The position numbers and the translations under genes were made by a program. From Amphiscolops sp. MND2022 (taxonomy: Eukaryota), in NCBI GenBank assembly GCA_964187785.1, contig OZ076409.1:20214001-20278000 (forward strand): 64,000 nucleotides of DNA. The letters are read 5' to 3'. Under the pieces are notes generated by a model that had not been told where the DNA came from, did not search any database, and saw only the letters and a program-made list of their open reading frames with translations. Positions 57,645-64,000 of the stretch are shown here, piece after piece; the first letter of the stretch is position 1, and each line of letters opens with the position of its first letter.

Positions 57645-59895
57645 ATGACAACTAGAAGTCAGAAAAGAAAGGCAGTAGCTGAGCTAGTTTCTGGAGAATT
57701 TGAGACCTCTATAGCAGAGAATAGTCTACCTGAAAACCTAGTAGCTGGTCCTAGTAAAACCCTCAGAGTTGAACCTGAAAACTTAGATGACACAAAAACG
57801 TCCTTGAGAAAAGAAATCATGAGTGATTTCGCAAAAATTTTAGCTAAAAACCAAAAAGAAATGCCTAAACTAATAGCACTTTTGAACAAAAAACGATCAG
57901 TTCGTTTGGAAGACCAAAACTTTCTGCAAACTTGGCTGCTCCCAAGCCTACCACTGCCTCCAAATGGCAAATCAAAGGTCTGTTGAATTGCTTGCTTTCA
58001 ATTTCACTAGTAGGACGTTTACTATTCAGAGACTAACCCAAGGACTCAGTTGGGCCCTGTCAGCCTTTTCGAGTTTCATGAGTGAGTACCTTGACTCAGT
58101 CATCAAAGCATGTCGGTGTGCACAGTATGTCGATGACATTGGGATCGCCGCAAATACAACGGAACAGCTCATCAAAAACATCAGAGCAGTTTTCAAGTGC
58201 ATCAGAGAAGCGGGATTCAAGCTGACAATCGAAAAATGTCTTTTTGGAGTAACTCAGATCGAATTCCTTGACAGAACAATAACCCCAGACGGAGTAGCAC
58301 CTCAAGACCAAAAAGTCAAAAATTTCCTGTCCTACGTACATTTTCCGAAATCAAAGAAACAAGTCCAAAAATACATCAGTTTTGTGAACTATTATCGAAA
58401 CTTCATTCCGCGCTTGTCAGAAAAACTCATTGAATTGTATGAACTCCTCCAAGCGGACGCCAAAATTAGAATTTCCGAAGAACTTGTTGTTAATTTCAAA
58501 GAAATCAACGCCAGCCTAGCAGAAGCCTGTGGACTAGCAGTACGACAGCCCAAAGCAGGAAAACAAAACGTCCTCATGACCAATGCGAGCTTCCGTGCAT
58601 CAGGTTATGCGCTCATGATAGAGGAAAACGTTGAATGGAAACTCCTCTCAAAAAAAACTTTCGCCCCAGTAGCGTTCGGATTGCGTGTTTTCTCACCAGC
58701 ACTCTTAAGGATGTCAATATATTGCAAAGATTTTTTGGCTATATACCATGTTTTCCTCGAATATAGCCACATCCTATAGGAAACAACCTTATCGACACTT
58801 GCACTGACGGACAATAGATCAGTGACGAGATTTTTCCAACCCAAGACCATGCCACCAGCATTGGGGAATGCCTGCGACTATGTCCTACAATTTTAATTCC
58901 GTAACAGGCTCCCAGAATACGGCAGCAGATTTCATCTCTAGGCTCAAGTCAACTTCCAAAGAAAAGTTCAGTTGAAATTACGAGACGACGTCCTAACGTC
59001 ACCCATTGAAGTAAACCTTCAATCGACAGGCGTTGTGGATGAAGAACAACTTCTCTTTCAACTAGGCGGAGAAGAAGAATCAGAACAGGATTTTTGTGCC
59101 AGAAAAACACTTGGTAAACAACGTGATATCAACGAACACGAGACTGAACTATCGACAAAAAAGTCCGAAGTCATCAAAAAACCACTCAACTCCGCAGTCT
59201 ACACGTTCGGAGCTATCAAGGAAAACGCCCGCATCCGAAACGAGCAAGATGCGGTTCCTCTCCTCGAAGCGCTCAAACTACGGATACTACATGAAGAGTA
59301 CGACAAACACCTTTTCAAAAAAGAATTGCGAGGAAGAAATTTACTCGGACATGAAGAAAGAATAACCATGAAAGATGGCGTACTCATGCGGAAGTACTAC
59401 GGAGAAGATGGATCAGTCACCCACTATCAGATAATGATACCGAAACACATAGTCCTTGAACTTCTGTCCACGCCGCTTGTGAAAGCAAATAAACATCCAG
59501 GAATAACGAAGATGATACAGGAATGCCGAGCCAAGTATTACTTCCCGGGACTAGCACGAAAACTCAGAGCTTGGGCAATGAGCTGCCCAGACTGCATCGC
59601 TAACAAAAGAATCGACACGAGACAGATACGTCCTAAAATCTAAAGCAACACCGATTTTACAATGGAACCAGAAGACTGTCTGGAAGTCGACATACTTCCA
59701 AACTTACCTTCCTCCAAGTGATATCAACACATCATCACGATGATGGATGTCCTTTCACGCTATCTCTTCGCACACCCAACACAAGACGTGACTGCAAAAG
59801 CAGTAGCGCGTTGCAACATCGACGTAATGACAAAGCACTGCTTTTTACCAACTGTCATATTGACCGATAAAGGATCACAATTCAGATCAGAGGTT
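57645..59895 (+). mobile_element. Decayed Ty3/Gypsy LTR retrotransposon (gag-like start, RT, RNase H, integrase N-terminal part)
   Basis: RT QGLSWALSAF...QYVDDIGI...KLTIEKC; RNase H MTNASFRASG and LTDNRSV; integrase HPGITK...YYFP...CPDC and ILTDKGSQF; order RT-RH-IN; several stops and frameshifts. Confidence 0.9.
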
Positions 59896-62800
59896 GAGTT
59901 AAATCACCATTCGCAAATACATCGTAAAAAGCCATCCACAGTATCAACCCAAAAGTTCGTATCGAAAAAGAATGCTCAGTCTGATTCGGGTACAGCATCC
60001 ACAAGTGATGTGAAACCAAATTGCAATGAGACGCAAAGAAATCAAGCTGCTGAAGGCTTTTGTGCGAAAACCACAAACACCAGCAATGTTCTTTTCTCAA
60101 CAGCGATGGTGAAAATTCAAGATCATTCAGGAAAACATATTCAAATGCGCGCTCTTCTTGATTCTGGATCACAGGCTAGCTTCATCACGTAGTCCAACGC
60201 GAAAGCCTTGATGTTGGATGTTGAAAATAATCCGGACGCAAACGCCAATCAGTCCTCTAGTTGCCGCAAAGGCCCAAAAGACTACCCACTCGACTGAATC
60301 AGACTATTGACACTAGTCTGCACATTATTCCTAAAATTACGAATACATTGCCAGTGAAACATTTCTATATTTTCCAATTGAAATATGGGAACCCTGCCTT
60401 TAGCAGACCCGACTTTCAACGCGCCGGGGAAAATTGACATTCTTTTTGGCGCTGACGTCCTCGAAGACATTTTTTTGGAAAATCGAATCCGAGACAATGG
60501 AGTTGTATTTCGAGAATCACTTTTTGGTTGGATAGTATCTGTTCTCGTCAAAAAAGTGAGCAACCCATTGGACTATGTCATTAGCAGCAATGTGTCTGTC
60601 GTTTCGGAGACCACGGATGATCTTCTATTGAAGTTTTGGGAGTTACAGAATATACCAATGAAGAAACATTTGACTGCAGAAGAAACAGCCTGTGAAAAAC
60701 ACTAATGACACAATTATTCGGAAGCAAGATGGCACGTTCGCCGTCCAACTTCTGTTTCGGTCAAGTGACACTAAACTAGGCCTCAGCAGAGCAAGCGCGT
60801 TGTAGCGTTTCTTTAGTCTCGAGCGCAAGTTGAATGACAATCCTGAATCAGAAAGGAATACATTGCATTCATACAAGAATTCATTGATCTTGGCCATATA
60901 GAACTGGTTCTCAAAAATGAATTAGACAACTCTAAATGTTATTATCTCCCTCATCTCTGTGTGTATAAACCAGACAGCGTAACAAAAACATTGCGAGTTG
61001 TCTTTGACGCCAGCGCAAGGACAACATCTGGTCATTCTCTGAATGACTGTCTCCTCGTAGTTCCGAAGTTACAAGATGACCTCTTCAATAATCTCGTGCG
61101 GTTCAGTTTCTTTAAAACAGCTATGAGCGCAGACATTTCCAAAATGTAGCGACAAGTTGAACTGAATCGACAAGATCGTGACTTCCATAGAATACTGTGG
61201 CGATCAAATTCAATGCAACTATTTCAGACTCTTTGGATGACTAGCGTAACGTACTGTAACGGCGCAGCTTCCTATCATTCCATTCGAGCATTGACAGAGT
61301 GCGCTAATCAGCCAAATGTATGAATTGACGTTCAGGAGCCTATAAAACGTGACTTTTATGTTGACGATATTCTGACGGTTGCTCCGTCTGTTGAACAAGC
61401 AAAGCAACTACAAAAAGGTTTGATCAGCGCGTTGGAGCGAAACATATTCGACCTACGAAAGTGGACTTGTAGTGATCGGTCGCTCACGTTTTCGCTACCG
61501 CCCGAGTATAGAGAAGCTAATGAGTCATATGAGTTCCTAGACACAAATCATAGCATTAAAACTTTAGGCCTTTTCTGGAACCCTTCTCTTTATAACTTCA
61601 GCTTCAAAATTCTGCAGTTAGATCAACAGGTGAACAATGCACAAATGACCAAATGGAAGGTCCTTAGTGACATCGCCAAAATTTTAACTCCTTTGGCTGG
61701 CTATTGCCGGTCACGCTGAAAGTGAAGCATATCATGAAAATTATATGGCAGACCAATGTCGCCTGGAATGATAAATTACCATCTGATGCTTTGGAATCGT
61801 ATATCGAATGGCAATTCAAATTACTGGCGCTTCCCAAGATAAAACCACAACGTTTTGTGTTAAGAACAAAACAAGCAGATACCGTGTTCTTGCAACTCTT
61901 CTGTGATGCTTCCGAGATCGGATACGCTGCTTGCATCTTAATCGTAGCTCAAGATGAGCTAGACATGCGGGGTTCGACTCTATTAACAACAAAAACCAAA
62001 ATTGCACCTCGAAAAGCGCAATCAATACCTCGACAAGAACTTTGCGCAGCCCTTCTGGGATCCCAATTAATTAATTCATTTCACGAAAACCTTATTAAAA
62101 TGAATGTGAAAGTTCAATCACAATACGCTTGGACTGACTCTACTTTTGTTTTAAACTGGTTATCTTCTGAGCCAAGCGTTTGGGCAACCTTTGTAGCCAA
62201 TCGAGTTGCTAAAGTTCAAGAGAACAAAAACCTAATTTTGGAATCATGTGCAAACACACGAGAATCCAGCGAATACAGCCTCCAGAGGTGTGGATCCATC
62301 CAATCTTGAGAATTGGTCAATCTGGTGGGTCGGTCCGGATTGGATCAAAACTCATGAGTCATTCGTTCCATTCAAACCAGAAGGGACGAAAGAAGAAATA
62401 GAAAAGTCTTCTCAAAACATTTCCGTGATGACAGTTTAATTGCCGAACGACACGTTCAGAGATGTTATTGATCTTTCGAAGCACAACTCGCATAATTGCC
62501 TTCATTTTGCGATTCATCGAAAACTACTGTAAGAAACAAAACAGGAAAACAAAAATCCCTAGTTCAGTAGACCTTAAGATCGCTACTGAGGTTCTTGTAA
62601 GTCACGAACAGAGAAAGACATTTTTGGAAGAATTGGATCCCTGAAACGGGGTAATTTAGTGCGAGCAAAAAGCAATATCCTTAAACTGTATTATTTTCTG
62701 CATAATGACGTATTGCATGTTGACGGTCAATGTGCTAAGGCTGAAATGCCTTACGAAGCCATGTACCCTCAGATAGTTCCACAAAAAGTGAATTTGCAAG

Positions 62801-64000
62801 GTTGGTAATTCATGACCCTCATCTAAAAACCATGCATGGTGGAACTATTCAAACAATAGCAGAAATTCGTACCCGATTTTGGATACCAGCATGTCGCAAC
62901 CAAGTACGAAAAGTTATCTTAAACTGTATCACCTGTTGTAGATTTAATTCAAAATTTGAAAAACCCTTCGTGGGGGATTTGCCTAAATCAGGAATAACAG
63001 TTCCCTCCAAGGCGTTCCAACACGCTGGATTGGACTTTGGAGGGCCATTTTCTGCAAAAGTGATAGTAAAGAATTCACGAAAGTATATTTAGCTTTATTT
63101 TTGTGCTTTGCCAGTGAGGCAGTGCATCTGGAGTTCGTCTCTGATCTCATAACCCAAGCATGTATCGCACTGCGGCGCTTTACGTCTAAGAGGGGTTGCC
63201 CTGCAACAAATAATTCAGATAACGGTTCGAACTTTCAAGGCTCCTTTGCAGAGCTCCTCAAACTTAGGAAATTTCCTAATGACACGACAGAAAACTACAT
63301 ACAAGCAGTATCAGCCGGAAAACTTATTGAATGGAAGTTTATTCCCCCATGAGCTCGCCATTTTGATGGTTCGTGGGATGCTGGGATTAAGAGTGCAAAA
63401 AAGCATCTAAAACGAAGAATGGGTAAAAAGATTTTCAGTTTTGAAGAGCTTTCCCCCTTTTTTGTCAAGTAGAAAACGTGCTAATTTCAAGACCCATAGG
63501 ATTAGTCTCAAATGATCCAAAAGACGAAGTCATTTTGGCTCCTGGGCACCTGATAAGTGGATCCCAGGCATCCGAGTTGAAATGCTGCGCTGCAACTGCT
63601 CGCTGGACTCACATCCAAAATGTCTTATGTCATTTCGCTGGAAAAAAAGTAGGTATCCACTTTCCAGGAAAGAACTAAATGGACGAAACAGAGCTCCAAT
63701 CTTAAAGTGGGCGATGTTGTATTTGACATGGACGACAACGCGGCTCCCTGGCAATGGCCCTTGGCGCGAGTGTCGTATGTGTACAGTGGGCCAGACAATA
63801 TTCGTGTTGTGAAGGTCAGAACATCAACTGGCGAACATAATCATCTCGTCAACAAACTCAAAAAACTTCCCCTTTTTGATGACTCACCCGTCAAAAAAAA
63901 CAGTACTCCCAAAAGTTAGACCAATTGCTCTTATTCTAGTTGAAACTCTAATCACTTTGTTTCCTCATGTTGATTCGATACAATCAAAGTGGGCGGTATG
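59896..64000 (+). mobile_element. Decayed BEL/Pao LTR retrotransposon pol (protease, RT, RNase H, integrase), ending at the polypurine tract and first bases of the 3' LTR
   Basis: RALLDSGSQASFI, LADPTF..PGKIDIL.GAD, YYLPH, LRVVFDASA, ADISKM, FYVDD, KTLGLFW, FCDASE.GYAA, IPRQELCAA, WTDST, FVANRV, ENPA..ASRG, GLDFGGP, SDNGSNF, WPLARV; window ends GGGCGGTA-TG. Confidence 0.92.

Overview
Intron-rich, AT-rich animal (invertebrate-type) nuclear DNA, not prokaryotic; most short ORFs in the track are exon fragments or repeat noise. All host genes I can reconstruct are on the minus strand. (1) A complete 24-coding-exon WDR35/IFT121 gene (40327->2179, about 1198 aa by my splice model), with a GC-AG intron and a 22-nt microexon. 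(2) A 3-exon gene nested on the same strand in WDR35 intron 12 (23379->20514, about 823 aa): signal peptide, C-type lectin domain, about ten ShK-like six-Cys repeats ending in CC, two furin-type sites and a hydrophobic C-terminus. (3) A C2H2 zinc-finger gene (43327->42437). (4) An ADCK5-like aarF/UbiB kinase gene (52143->47663), preceded by a second intact, diverged copy of coding exons 1-3 only (53399->52660) that can splice in frame onto shared exons 4-8. Introns are packed with transposons: a 4.1-kb decayed hAT element with 8-bp TSD, an abundant Helentron/HINE-like family, TTAA-flanked piggyBac-like MITEs, TA-flanked MITEs and foldback-like repeats. After a 200-N gap lie a decayed Ty3/Gypsy element fused to a decayed BEL/Pao element that runs to the window edge. 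Splice models were built by hand from GT/GC-AG sites, phase continuity and recalled homology; no searches were run.
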